Origin: Candidatus Latescibacterota bacterium
Lineage (GTDB): Bacteria > Latescibacterota > UBA2968 > GCA-2709665
Reading direction: 5' to 3'
DNA length: 64,000 nt
NCBI GenBank assembly: GCA_963662665.2
Contig: CAXXJS010000031.1
Span: forward strand, 1-64,000
Shown here: positions 1 through 9,294 of the stretch, in pieces
Layout: each line of letters starts with the position of its first letter
How positions within the stretch are numbered: position 1 is the first letter of the stretch
Notes under the pieces: model-generated
The model's input: only the letters and a program-made list of their open reading frames with translations
What the model was told of the DNA's origin: nothing
Database searches by the model: none
Position numbers and translations under genes: made by a program

Positions 1-2
1 AT

Positions 3-1172
3 CCGTGGCTTGCCGCCTCAACCGTCAGGGACCTCCTGACGATGTCGACCCCCCATTCGAGAAACTCGTATACTCGCAACGATCCGGACTGGGTCTGGAC
101 CTTCTTCAACCAGGACCCCTCGCATCCTCCCGGCACGATCTTCGCGTACGACACAGCCGCGACCGTCGTGCTCACGGCCCTGGTCGAACGCCTTGCCGGC
201 ATGCCCTTTCTGGACAACATGCGACCGCGTTTCTTAGACCGGATCGGTTTCTCCGCCGACGCGTGGTGCATCCGCACGCCCGAGGGGGTTTCGTGGGGCG
301 GATCGGGCGTCATCTGTACGCTTCGCGATCTGGCCAGAGTCGCGCTCGCCTGCATGAACGGCGGCCTGTGGGGCGACGAGAGGGTGCTTCCCGAAGCATT
401 CGTACGCGCCGCCACCGCCAGGCAGATCGACAATGCCATCCGAGGCAATTGCGGCTACGGGTATCAGATCTGGCGCGAAGAAGGGAACGGATTCTCCTTC
501 CGCGGGATGGGCAGTCAGTACGCCCTCTGTTTTCCCGATAAGGAGTTTCTGTTCGCCTGCATCGCCGACACACAGGGCGCGCCGGCGGGAACCGCCATCC
601 CTTCCGTGATGCGCCAGGAAATATATCAGCACGTTTCAGACAGCCCCGTTCCGGAGGACCCAGCCGCACAGGCGGAACTTTCCGACAGGATCGAGCGGCT
701 GGCCGTCCTGGCGGTCCCCGGAAACGCCGGCGCAAAGCTGGCGCCGGAAGTCGACGGCGCATGGTACGTCCTCGAAGACAACCCGATGGGGATCACGCGG
801 ATGCGCCTGTCCTTCACGGGGGACGAAGGCACATGGGAGTACACGAACGGCCAGGGCGACAATGTGCTGCGGTTTGGCATCGGGCGCGTGATCGCCGGCA
901 GATTTCCTCAACGAAACTACTTCGGCGAACAGATCGGCGTGGTTCCCGGCGTCGAATACGATTGCCAGGCTTCTGCAGCATGGATCGACGGGCACACGCT
1001 CAACATGGAAGTCCTCATCACGGACATGTACCTTGGAAGGCTAATGATATCTTTCGCCTTCAAGGGAAAGGAAATCGCCGTCTTCATGACAAAGCAGGCC
1101 GAGTGGTTCCTGGACGAATACAGCGGATTCGCGGGGGGTAGACGCTTGAGATGCGATTGCATTGGCGGCTGA
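3..1172 (+). CDS. Serine hydrolase, beta-lactamase/class C-like family (5' truncated by window)
   Basis: Frame is open from base 3 (PWLAASTVRDLLTMST), with PGTIFAYDT, GGSG..TLRDLAR, YGYQIW and GMGSQY motifs typical of the family. Confidence 0.85.
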   Translation, partial: PWLAASTVRDLLTMSTPHSRNSYTRNDPDWVWTFFNQDPSHPPGTIFAYDTAATVVLTALVERLAGMPFLDNMRPRFLDRIGFSADAWCIRTPEGVSWGGSGVICTLRDLARVALACMNGGLWGDERVLPEAFVRAATARQIDNAIRGNCGYGYQIWREEGNGFSFRGMGSQYALCFPDKEFLFACIADTQGAPAGTAIPSVMRQEIYQHVSDSPVPEDPAAQAELSDRIERLAVLAVPGNAGAKLAPEVDGAWYVLEDNPMGITRMRLSFTGDEGTWEYTNGQGDNVLRFGIGRVIAGRFPQRNYFGEQIGVVPGVEYDCQASAAWIDGHTLNMEVLITDMYLGRLMISFAFKGKEIAVFMTKQAEWFLDEYSGFAGGRRLRCDCIGG

Positions 1173-3022
1173 CGTTGCTCTGCGCGGCGGTCATTGCAAT
1201 GGCCATGGCTGCCGTACATCTGTATTTGACCCGAACGATTCGGGATATCGTGCTGTCACAGCGGCGGGACGCACTCGCGGCGCAGGTCAGGACGGCCGCC
1301 GACAATCTTGCGGACCGATGGGAAGAGGCCGCGGCTTCCGGGACCCTGAATGAGATCGTGAACCGCATCGGGCGGCGCCTGGACGTTCGCGCGGCGGTCA
1401 TTGACGCGGCCGGGAAGGTGCTGTGGGATTCTGACCGGCGAATGGAGGATCTTGCGCGGTTGGCGAATCAGGCAGCCGCGCCCGAGATCCAATCCGCGTG
1501 GGACGGCTCGATTGGCATACACGTACGCGACGTAGACACGGCCGGAAAGGAGATGCTGTTTGCGGCCAAATCCGTTCCGGGGCTGGAAGGCGGACGGGTG
1601 GTGCTGCGGCTTGCCGCGCCGCTGACCCACGTGGAACTGCTCCAGGATCGCGTCAACCGGGCGATACTCGTGGCATCCGCCCTGGGTTTGGCCCTGGCGC
1701 TGCTGTTGTCCTACAACGTCTCGCAATCTGTCTCGCGGCCAATAGAGAAAATTACGCGGGTTGCGCGCTCCGTGGCGGCGGGTAACTTCAACGAAAAGAC
1801 GCCGACCGTCACCTCCTCACGAGAAATCAGGATTCTGGCGCGCACTCTGGATTCGGCGCGGCAGAGTATCCGCGACCGTTTCGCGGATATTGTTGGTGAA
1901 AAGTCGCGGCTGGAGACGATCCTGGCGGGCATTACCGTGGGCATCCTCGTCACGGGGCGCGACGGGCGTGTTGTCCTGACCAATCAGACATTCGAGCGTC
2001 TGTTCGACGTGATGCCGCCAACGGAAGGCAGGCCGCCGGTGGAATTGATCCGCGACGTACAGGTCCAGGAGGCAATCGAACACACCCTGAGAACGGGCGA
2101 GGCGAGGACGCAGGCAATGACGACGTCCGGTCTGCCGGAGCGCCATTTCGATGTGCACGTGGGGCCGATTCTCCAGGAGGGCGGTGGAACGGGGGTTGCC
2201 GCGGTTTTTTACGATACCACCGAAATTCACCGGCTGGAGCGCGCGCGAAAGGATTTCGTGGCAAATGTTTCGCACGAAATAAGAACGCCGCTCACGGCCA
2301 TTAAGGGATGCGGGGATACCCTTGCCGACGGCGCGCTTGAAGACCGCGCCGCCGCCGAACGGTTCGTACAGACCATACTCGCGCATTCAGACCGGCTCAA
2401 TCTGCTGCTGGATGATCTTCTTGATCTCTCGCGGCTTCAGTCGGACAGCACGGCAATTGACGTGGAAGACTTCGCAATCCGAATCGTGGTGGACCGGGCG
2501 TACGATTCCGTCCGGCAGAACGCTGGTGACAAAGGCATTTCGGTTGCAGTTTCGGTTCAGGATGAACTCACGGTCCGTGGCGACCCGAAGCTGATTGAGC
2601 ACGCCGTGGTCAACCTTCTCGACAATGCCGTGAAATATACACCGCAGGGAGGGAAGGTGCGGGTGGTGGCCAGACACCTGGGTACGCGCGCGGTTTTCTC
2701 GGGTGCGGATACAGAGAGCGAACCCCGGTTTGTTCTGGAGACGGACTCCGGCCATGCGTCAGGAAATTCGAATCAGTCCGCCGCAATCGAACGCGTGGCT
2801 CTTGAAGTCGTGGATTCGGGTATCGGGATCGCGTCGGATTCGCTGCCGCGGGTATTCGAGCGGTTTTACAGAGTGGACAAGGGACGCTCCAGAAGCCTCG
2901 GCGGAACCGGTCTGGGACTTTCGATTGTCCGTCATGTCATTGAGGCCCACGGGGAACGAGTATACGTAAAGAGCGTACTGGGCGCCGGATCGACGTTCGG
3001 ATTCACCCTTCCGGTTGCATAA
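1151..3022 (+). CDS. phoR: PhoR-like sensor histidine kinase (TM-HAMP-PAS-HisKA-HATPase)
   Basis: RKDFVANVSHEIRTPLT H-box, NLLDNAVKYT N-box, RVFERFYRVDKGRSR..GGTGLGLSIV G-boxes; adjacent to ppk1 and the pst operon. Confidence 0.88.
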   Translation: MRLHWRLTLLCAAVIAMAMAAVHLYLTRTIRDIVLSQRRDALAAQVRTAADNLADRWEEAAASGTLNEIVNRIGRRLDVRAAVIDAAGKVLWDSDRRMEDLARLANQAAAPEIQSAWDGSIGIHVRDVDTAGKEMLFAAKSVPGLEGGRVVLRLAAPLTHVELLQDRVNRAILVASALGLALALLLSYNVSQSVSRPIEKITRVARSVAAGNFNEKTPTVTSSREIRILARTLDSARQSIRDRFADIVGEKSRLETILAGITVGILVTGRDGRVVLTNQTFERLFDVMPPTEGRPPVELIRDVQVQEAIEHTLRTGEARTQAMTTSGLPERHFDVHVGPILQEGGGTGVAAVFYDTTEIHRLERARKDFVANVSHEIRTPLTAIKGCGDTLADGALEDRAAAERFVQTILAHSDRLNLLLDDLLDLSRLQSDSTAIDVEDFAIRIVVDRAYDSVRQNAGDKGISVAVSVQDELTVRGDPKLIEHAVVNLLDNAVKYTPQGGKVRVVARHLGTRAVFSGADTESEPRFVLETDSGHASGNSNQSAAIERVALEVVDSGIGIASDSLPRVFERFYRVDKGRSRSLGGTGLGLSIVRHVIEAHGERVYVKSVLGAGSTFGFTLPVA

Positions 3023-3053
3023 CCGTACAACCTGGTCCGTGGGAACGAAGGGA

Positions 3054-3094
3054 AGACGGTGGGTCGAAAGACTGCCCTCCGTCTATTTTTTTTT
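3054..3094 (+). terminator. Intrinsic terminator between convergent phoR and ppk1
   Basis: AGACGG...CCGTCT hairpin followed by a T9 run. Confidence 0.6.
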
Positions 3095-3100
3095 GGGGGT

Positions 3101-5275
3101 TCAATCGGGGGGAGGGATTGGGCCTTTGGCGGCGAAATAATCCGGAATGTCGAATTGTTCTCCTCTGGCCAAGCCCATCTGGATTTCCTGCGACGAAATC
3201 GCGGTCCTTCCATTGGAGGCCCCGACACGGCGATGGTCGCCGTCCCGAAGGAGCTCACGGGCCTTGGTATTGTCGGCCAGACACGGGGAGAGAATCCAGG
3301 ACTGGATTCTTCGGATAAGTTCCGGGTCTTCTACGGGACAGAGTATTTCCACGCGGCGACGGAGATTGCGAGGCATCCAATCCGCGCTGCCGATATATAC
3401 CTCCGGATCGGAGCCGTTTTCGAACATGTAGATGCGGCTGTGTTCAAGGTAACGCCCTACGATGCTTCTCACGCGAATGCGGTCGCTGATTTCGGGGATA
3501 CCCGGACGGATGGAGCAGATCCCGCGGACGATCAGGTCGACGTCCACCCCGGCCTGTGCGGCTCTGTAAAGCGCTTTCACGACCTTTACATCCTGAAGCG
3601 AGTTCATTTTGCAGACAATGCGTGCCGGCCGCCCGGCCCTGGCGTGTTCAATCTCCCGATCTATTTTCGCCAGAATGGAATCCATCATATTGAAGGGCGC
3701 GACAAGCAACTTCCCGACCTCGGGACGGTCGGACTGGGTGGTGAGCAGATTGAACACCTCGGCAACGTCGCTGGTAATGTCTTCCCTTGCGGTCATCAGA
3801 CCCAGGTCCGTATAAACCCGCGCCGTCGATGCATTGTAGTTTCCGGTTCCGATGTGGGCGTAGCGGCGGAGGCCATCGGCTTCGCGCCGGACCAGCATGG
3901 AGAGCTTGCAATGGGTCTTGAGGCCAACCACGCCGTAGGCGACGTATACGCCCGCGTCCTGGAGTTGCCGGGCCCATCGGATGTTGGAGGCTTCGTCGAA
4001 TCGGGCTTTGAGTTCCACAATGACGGTAACCTCTTTGCCGGCCTCCGCGGCCTTGAGCAAAGCATCCATGATAGGAGAGTCCTCGGTCGTACGGTACAGG
4101 GTCTGCTTAATGGCCAGTACGTCGGGGTCCCGTGCGGCGGACTGGACAAACTGGATGACCGGATGGAACGAGTCGTATGGATGATGCAACAGGATGTCCC
4201 GCTGGCGGATTTCGGCGAAAAGCTGGTCGGGGTCCTCGGCAAACGGGTACTCCGCAGGATGGTACGGCGCGTCCTTCAGGTCCGGACGCCGCGTGGCCCC
4301 GTAGAGCATCATCAGGCGGTTCAGATTGACCGGACCGTTCACCCGGTAAACCTGTTTCTCGCTCAGATTATAGATGGCCCGAAGCCGTCGTTCGATCTGA
4401 TTCGGAGCCGCGGCGTCGATTTCCAGCCGGACGGTATCGCCCTTGCGTCTTCGTTTGAGTTCGTCTTCAATGGCCAGGAGCAGGTCGTCGGCTTCTTCTT
4501 CGTCGAGGTAGAGGTCGCTGTTGCGCGTGATACGAAAAGCGGTGGTACCCAGAATCTCGTAACCCCGGTACAGCTCCGGGATATGCGCTCGCACCAGGTC
4601 GGCCAGAAACACGTAATCCACGCGTCGGCCCTCGTCTTCCCTGGGCAGACGGATGAGACGCGGCAAAAGACGCGGAACCGTCACCACACCGAACAGGATG
4701 TCACCCTTACCGTCCCTGAGCAACACGGCCAGACAGAGCGACTTGTTCACCACGCGCGGAATGGGATGGGCCGGGTTTACCGTGAGCGGCGTCAGGACCG
4801 GATGGAGTTCCCTCAGCCAGTAATTCCGGATAAATGCCTGTTCCGTGGGTTCCAGTTCCTGCGACGAGCGGATATGCACGTCGGACTCTTTCAACGCCGG
4901 CAATAGCTCTTCGTTCCAGCAGGCGTATTGTTCGTCCACCATGCGGTGGGTTTCGGCGGAAACGGCTTCGAACAGTTCTTCGGGCAGCAGCCCGTCGGGG
5001 CCGGCATCGTGGACGCCGGCTTCCATCTGCTGAAGCAATCCCGCAACGCGGATTTCGAAGAACTCGTCCAGGTTATTGGCGACGATCGCCAGGAATTTCA
5101 CCCGCTCCAGCAGAGGATTATTCGGGTCCCGGGCTTCTTCGAGGACGCGTTCGTTGAAGCGAAGCCAGGAGATTTCCCGGTTGGTATAGAGTTTTGGATC
5201 GTCCAGGTTCATACGGCTTTCTCGTGGGTCACCTGAGTCGTCGACATTGGGATTCGGCTCAAGATACGCCAACAC
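3101..5275 (-). CDS. ppk1: Polyphosphate kinase 1
   Basis: NREISWLRFNERVL, NLDEFFEIRVAGL, DILLHHPYDSF, ELKARFDE, GLKTHCK, HIGTGNYN, SIVGRYLEHSR, GSADWMPRNL motifs. Confidence 0.97.
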   Translation of the reverse strand: MLAYLEPNPNVDDSGDPRESRMNLDDPKLYTNREISWLRFNERVLEEARDPNNPLLERVKFLAIVANNLDEFFEIRVAGLLQQMEAGVHDAGPDGLLPEELFEAVSAETHRMVDEQYACWNEELLPALKESDVHIRSSQELEPTEQAFIRNYWLRELHPVLTPLTVNPAHPIPRVVNKSLCLAVLLRDGKGDILFGVVTVPRLLPRLIRLPREDEGRRVDYVFLADLVRAHIPELYRGYEILGTTAFRITRNSDLYLDEEEADDLLLAIEDELKRRRKGDTVRLEIDAAAPNQIERRLRAIYNLSEKQVYRVNGPVNLNRLMMLYGATRRPDLKDAPYHPAEYPFAEDPDQLFAEIRQRDILLHHPYDSFHPVIQFVQSAARDPDVLAIKQTLYRTTEDSPIMDALLKAAEAGKEVTVIVELKARFDEASNIRWARQLQDAGVYVAYGVVGLKTHCKLSMLVRREADGLRRYAHIGTGNYNASTARVYTDLGLMTAREDITSDVAEVFNLLTTQSDRPEVGKLLVAPFNMMDSILAKIDREIEHARAGRPARIVCKMNSLQDVKVVKALYRAAQAGVDVDLIVRGICSIRPGIPEISDRIRVRSIVGRYLEHSRIYMFENGSDPEVYIGSADWMPRNLRRRVEILCPVEDPELIRRIQSWILSPCLADNTKARELLRDGDHRRVGASNGRTAISSQEIQMGLARGEQFDIPDYFAAKGPIPPPD

Positions 5276-5349
5276 ATGGCATCAGTCAAACGGAATCGGG
5301 TTCGCAAGTCGTTACGGCGCGGGGGTTTGACTGACCGTGTCATCACCTG

Positions 5350-6099
5350 TCAACGTTTCGATGCCATGGCTTTCAGCTCATTCCAAAGATCCCGATACGC
5401 ATTTGAAGCCGGCGAACCGGGCGCGAAACAAGGGACCGGTTCCCGGTGGATACCCATTCTTTCGACTTCCGTGGCATAGGGTATCTGCGTATCCAGAAAC
5501 CGGTATTCCCGATCCCTGCCGGATTCCAGATGTTCAATGTGCATGCGTTTGCGTTTTTCGACCATCGCGAAAAACGGGTAGATCCGGGAGACGTCCCGGC
5601 CTTTGGATTGGAAGAAATCCACCAGCTGGTCACAGGTACGCATGGACAACGTGGTTGGAATGCAAGGTACCAGAACGATGTCGGAGGCAAAGAGTATATT
5701 CTCCGACACCAGGCCGATGCCCGGCGGACAGTCGAGAAAGATGAAGTCGTACGTCTTGCGATACGGCTTCAGAATGCGGTGGAGCTGCTTCGATGAGCGT
5801 TTGAATTTGCTCAGAATCGTGTCCAGATTCCTGTATGACAGATTGGACGGCAGCAAATCCAGGTTTTCGTAGTCGGTGCCTCTGATGCGCTTCTCAATCC
5901 TTCGGCCTCCGCGGACGAATTTTCGACCGGGTAGTTTCCTTGAGGGATTGATGCGAAAATAGAATGCGGCCGAGCCCTGGGGGTCCAGATCGAACAGAAT
6001 GGTCTGCGCGCCGTCACGCGCGGCGAGGTAGGCCAGGTTCACCGCCGCGGCGGTCTTCCCCACCCCGCCCTTGATATTGTACAGGGCGACTGTTGCCAT
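5350..6099 (-). CDS. ParA/MinD-family ATPase
   Basis: Deviant Walker A (NIKGGVGKT), DLDPQG and LDCPPG motifs; no parB in window. Confidence 0.92.
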   Translation of the reverse strand: MATVALYNIKGGVGKTAAAVNLAYLAARDGAQTILFDLDPQGSAAFYFRINPSRKLPGRKFVRGGRRIEKRIRGTDYENLDLLPSNLSYRNLDTILSKFKRSSKQLHRILKPYRKTYDFIFLDCPPGIGLVSENILFASDIVLVPCIPTTLSMRTCDQLVDFFQSKGRDVSRIYPFFAMVEKRKRMHIEHLESGRDREYRFLDTQIPYATEVERMGIHREPVPCFAPGSPASNAYRDLWNELKAMASKR

Positions 6100-6117
6100 A
6101 GCATTCGTTTCAGGCCT

Positions 6118-7653
6118 TCAGGCGAACAGGCGTCGGAACGTGTCGGCGACTTCCGACCGGTTGAATTCCATAAAGGTCTTCGAAAACGCCGCTCGGACGG
6201 ATTGCTGTTCGCGGTAAAGGCAGCCGATCAGCCCGCCTATGGCGGCGAAGGTTTCCGGGTGAGTCCTCTCCGCCGACAACGCGTGCAGGTATTCTTTCAG
6301 GTCGGCCTGTTGAACGGAAAGGTCGTTGAAGTCGCCCAGGTTGTCCTGCAGGCTCTTGAGGTGCTCGACAATCAGGCGGATCTCTCCCGCAGGAAAAAGC
6401 GACACGAAGAACTCGAGGAGGTATCGCAGTTTCTTGCACTCGATCCGAAGCCGGTGCAATTCGGCATCGGGCGTGGACGGGTTGATTGCGGTCCCCGATT
6501 CGATGACGCGGGCGTATCTCTTGCCAATGAATCTCCGCGCCAGGCCGATCGCCGGCGCTTCCGCGTTGTCCGGCGATGCGGCAGCCACCGGGCATTTCAG
6601 AAACGCCTCCCAGTCCGCAGCGATTTTCAGGTACCTGTCGCAGCCCAGGGCGGCGGCCAGACGCCGGTGTTCACCCTTGCGTTCCGCCCGCAGGGATTCA
6701 AAGAGCGGATCTAGGCGTGGCCGCAGATATCCCGGAAGGAGAGACCGGTACGCGTCCTGCTTCAGCAGGGCGACGTCCAGGTCGCGCAGGCGATTGGTGA
6801 GTCTTCCGAGATAGGAAAAATCCTTCCGAAAACGGGCAACCCGACCATCGGGGAAAACGAATCTGATCTGGCTGAGCGCTGAACGGGTTCGCCGGATTCC
6901 CACCCTGAAATCATGCAGAAACTCCGTATCGATATCATCCTTTATTCCCGCTTCATTGCACCTGATCGTTCTGAACAGGTGCTCCAGAATCTGCCTGGCG
7001 GCTTCCGCGCCGGTCAGGTTGGGTTCCAGAACGACGTTGAGCTTTGAGGTATAGCCTCCCGGTGTCCTGCCGGACGCCCGCACGGCGGCGTGGAACAAAT
7101 CTTCGGTCTGAGGTTCGGCGCCCGCGTCGCGCAGGGACCGGCTCAATCTCCGCGAATGTTTCTCATACCCCCGGATCGACCGCAGCACGATGGTATTGAT
7201 CGGTTGTCCGTCTCGCACGGCGTCGGCCAACCGCGCCTGTTCAATCGTTGCGATCAGGACGGTCTTTTCGTTTCTGTTGCGTACGCGCATGGTCTGCCGG
7301 CGCGTCCTGGCGCGCGCGAGTGGCAACAGCGCCCGTACGCTCAGGTGTGCTTGCAGGATTTCCTTCAGGGGTCCCTCGGGAAAATCCGTGCTGAACACCG
7401 GTTCGGTCCCGCGAGGCAGGCTGAGCGATGCGACCGTCTCGCGGTCTTGAAGTCTGTAGAGATGGTAACGATTCTGATCTTTCAGGAGAACCAGGTTCCG
7501 GTTGAACAGGCGCCAGTCGAACGTGTCGAGGAACGCCTGATCCTGTACGGTTTCATCTATAGGTTTGCAGGTATGGGTACTGGCGGCCTTATCCCATACG
7601 CCGCGTGGATCGACCGATCCCGGCAGGCGCAGTAGACATACTCTGTTTTTCAT
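6118..7653 (-). CDS. CHAD-domain protein (polyphosphate-binding) with CYTH-like N-terminal region
   Basis: EFLHDFRVGIRRTRS, LRDLDV, LHRLRIECKKLRYLLE, LQDNLGDFNDLSVQ CHAD motifs; N-terminal FLDTFDWRL segment. ATG at 7653 preferred over 7695. Confidence 0.9.
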   Translation of the reverse strand: MKNRVCLLRLPGSVDPRGVWDKAASTHTCKPIDETVQDQAFLDTFDWRLFNRNLVLLKDQNRYHLYRLQDRETVASLSLPRGTEPVFSTDFPEGPLKEILQAHLSVRALLPLARARTRRQTMRVRNRNEKTVLIATIEQARLADAVRDGQPINTIVLRSIRGYEKHSRRLSRSLRDAGAEPQTEDLFHAAVRASGRTPGGYTSKLNVVLEPNLTGAEAARQILEHLFRTIRCNEAGIKDDIDTEFLHDFRVGIRRTRSALSQIRFVFPDGRVARFRKDFSYLGRLTNRLRDLDVALLKQDAYRSLLPGYLRPRLDPLFESLRAERKGEHRRLAAALGCDRYLKIAADWEAFLKCPVAAASPDNAEAPAIGLARRFIGKRYARVIESGTAINPSTPDAELHRLRIECKKLRYLLEFFVSLFPAGEIRLIVEHLKSLQDNLGDFNDLSVQQADLKEYLHALSAERTHPETFAAIGGLIGCLYREQQSVRAAFSKTFMEFNRSEVADTFRRLFA

Positions 7654-8020
7654 GGCATCTTTTCCATCAGTGGGCGTCGAGAACGGGTAACGCAAAGCGT
7701 TGCTTCATGCCGTGAAGGTAAGTGATGATTCCGCTCTCTGCTTCGCGGTCGCAGCGCTGGGCCCGTCGTCGGCGTCCGCGAAGCGCGCGCGTTCAAGGGG
7801 CGCCAGGGAAACTGGCAGGACAATTTCCTATATGCGGTCGATTCTGGCGGGCGTGCTCTCCTTTCAATAAACCGATTGTGCCCGCCTGGTAATAATACAT
7901 GGGAACCCGGCAAAAAACAAGAGAGACCGGGTGTTCTGTCCCGGAAATAAGGCGTTGCAGTGCTTCTGGATCGGATCGGAATGAACCAGATGGACGTCCA
8001 GCGCGTGTGAAGCAGCGAAT

Positions 8021-8094
8021 CGTAACAAAAATGTAACGGAATAGCTGCCATTCCTGTAACAGATCCGTGGCCATTTCGTAACGGACCCGTGGCA
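8021..8094. promoter_or_regulatory. Putative Pho boxes (11-bp-phased direct repeats)
   Basis: GTAAC at 8022, 8033, 8056, 8078 and GTGGC at 8067, 8089, between the divergent polyP and pst operons. The 11-bp phasing matches PhoB/OmpR-family sites. Confidence 0.7.
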
Positions 8095-8207
8095 TATTAC
8101 CTTCCGACAGACGAGAATCGACTTCATGGGATTGCGGCCGGAAATAAGGATGTTTCGTCCGGGTCGTGCCGCCTGAAGTCAGGCCATATAGATTGGAGGG
8201 AGGAGCT

Positions 8208-9182
8208 ATGCAGTTGAGACGGGTTTCCTGGAGCGTCGCGGCAGCCTTGAGCCTGGGTTTATTCGGGCCTGCGGAGGGCGCCGAAGGCAAGATCAAGGGG
8301 ATAGCCTTCGGCGACTACTATTTCGTCGCAAGCGGATCGGACAAGAACGAAAACGGTTTCAAGTTCCGAAGGATTTATCTGACGTACGACCTGAAATGGA
8401 ATGACCGCTGGTCCGGACGGGTGCGTTTCGAAGCCAACGATGCGGGATTTGGCGGCGAGGACAAAATGCGGCCGTTCGTGAAGCACGGGTATTTGCGATA
8501 TCGTGCGAACGGACGGACGGTGTACATGGGGCTGTTCGGCACACCCACCTGGAACGTGTCCGAACGGATATGGGGCTACCGGTCGATTGCGAAGACAATC
8601 ATGGATATGCGCAAGATCGGTTCTTCCGCGGATCTCGGGGTGGGGTATAAGGGAAAGCTGGATGGAGCGGGAAGGTTGAACGCGCAACTGATGTTCGGCA
8701 ACGGCAGCGGGCAGCGACCGGAGGCCGACAACGGCAAGAAAGTGTACTCCCTGCTCCACTTAAAACCCACGGACGTCGTCGAAGCCACGGTTTACCTTGA
8801 CTGGGAGGACAAGCCCGACGGCAGGGACCGCGTCACGTTTGCGGCGATGCTGGGTACTTCGGTCGAGAAACTCCGGTTCGGTATAGAGGGATTTGTTCGA
8901 AATAACAGAAGGGCGCAGTCAGGCGACGACGTACAATTGCGGGGTCTGTCTGCTTTCGGCGCCGTAAACTTGAAACCCCGGGTGGACGTATTCGGACGAC
9001 TGGACTTTTTCGATCCCGATCGGAGCGCGGAACAAGACGAGGAGTACATGATTATTGGCGGAGTCGACGTGGCGCCGGCCCGGAACATTCACATCATGCC
9101 CAATGTAATGGCAACGATTTACGCGTCTTCGGACGCGGTTACCGAGGTGGTCCCTCGTATGACCGTGTCCTACAAATTCTAG
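8208..9182 (+). CDS. Outer-membrane beta-barrel porin, probably phosphate-selective (OprO/OprP-like role)
   Basis: Strong RBS (GGAGGGAGGAG), signal peptide, FKFRRIYLTYD strand, C-terminal SYKF; first gene before pstS. Confidence 0.75.
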   Translation: MQLRRVSWSVAAALSLGLFGPAEGAEGKIKGIAFGDYYFVASGSDKNENGFKFRRIYLTYDLKWNDRWSGRVRFEANDAGFGGEDKMRPFVKHGYLRYRANGRTVYMGLFGTPTWNVSERIWGYRSIAKTIMDMRKIGSSADLGVGYKGKLDGAGRLNAQLMFGNGSGQRPEADNGKKVYSLLHLKPTDVVEATVYLDWEDKPDGRDRVTFAAMLGTSVEKLRFGIEGFVRNNRRAQSGDDVQLRGLSAFGAVNLKPRVDVFGRLDFFDPDRSAEQDEEYMIIGGVDVAPARNIHIMPNVMATIYASSDAVTEVVPRMTVSYKF

Positions 9183-9294
9183 TGGTTTTCTCCGGTCGCC
9201 GGGCGTATCGACACACGGACGTAACAATGTCCGGTTATAATCGAGGCCCGAAACGCTTCAGACGATCACCCTGAAATTACGGAGGAGTGCAGAG

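Noticed and set aside
3059-4906. 615-aa plus-strand ORF
   Set aside because: Antisense shadow of ppk1 with no recognisable motifs; common in GC-rich DNA.
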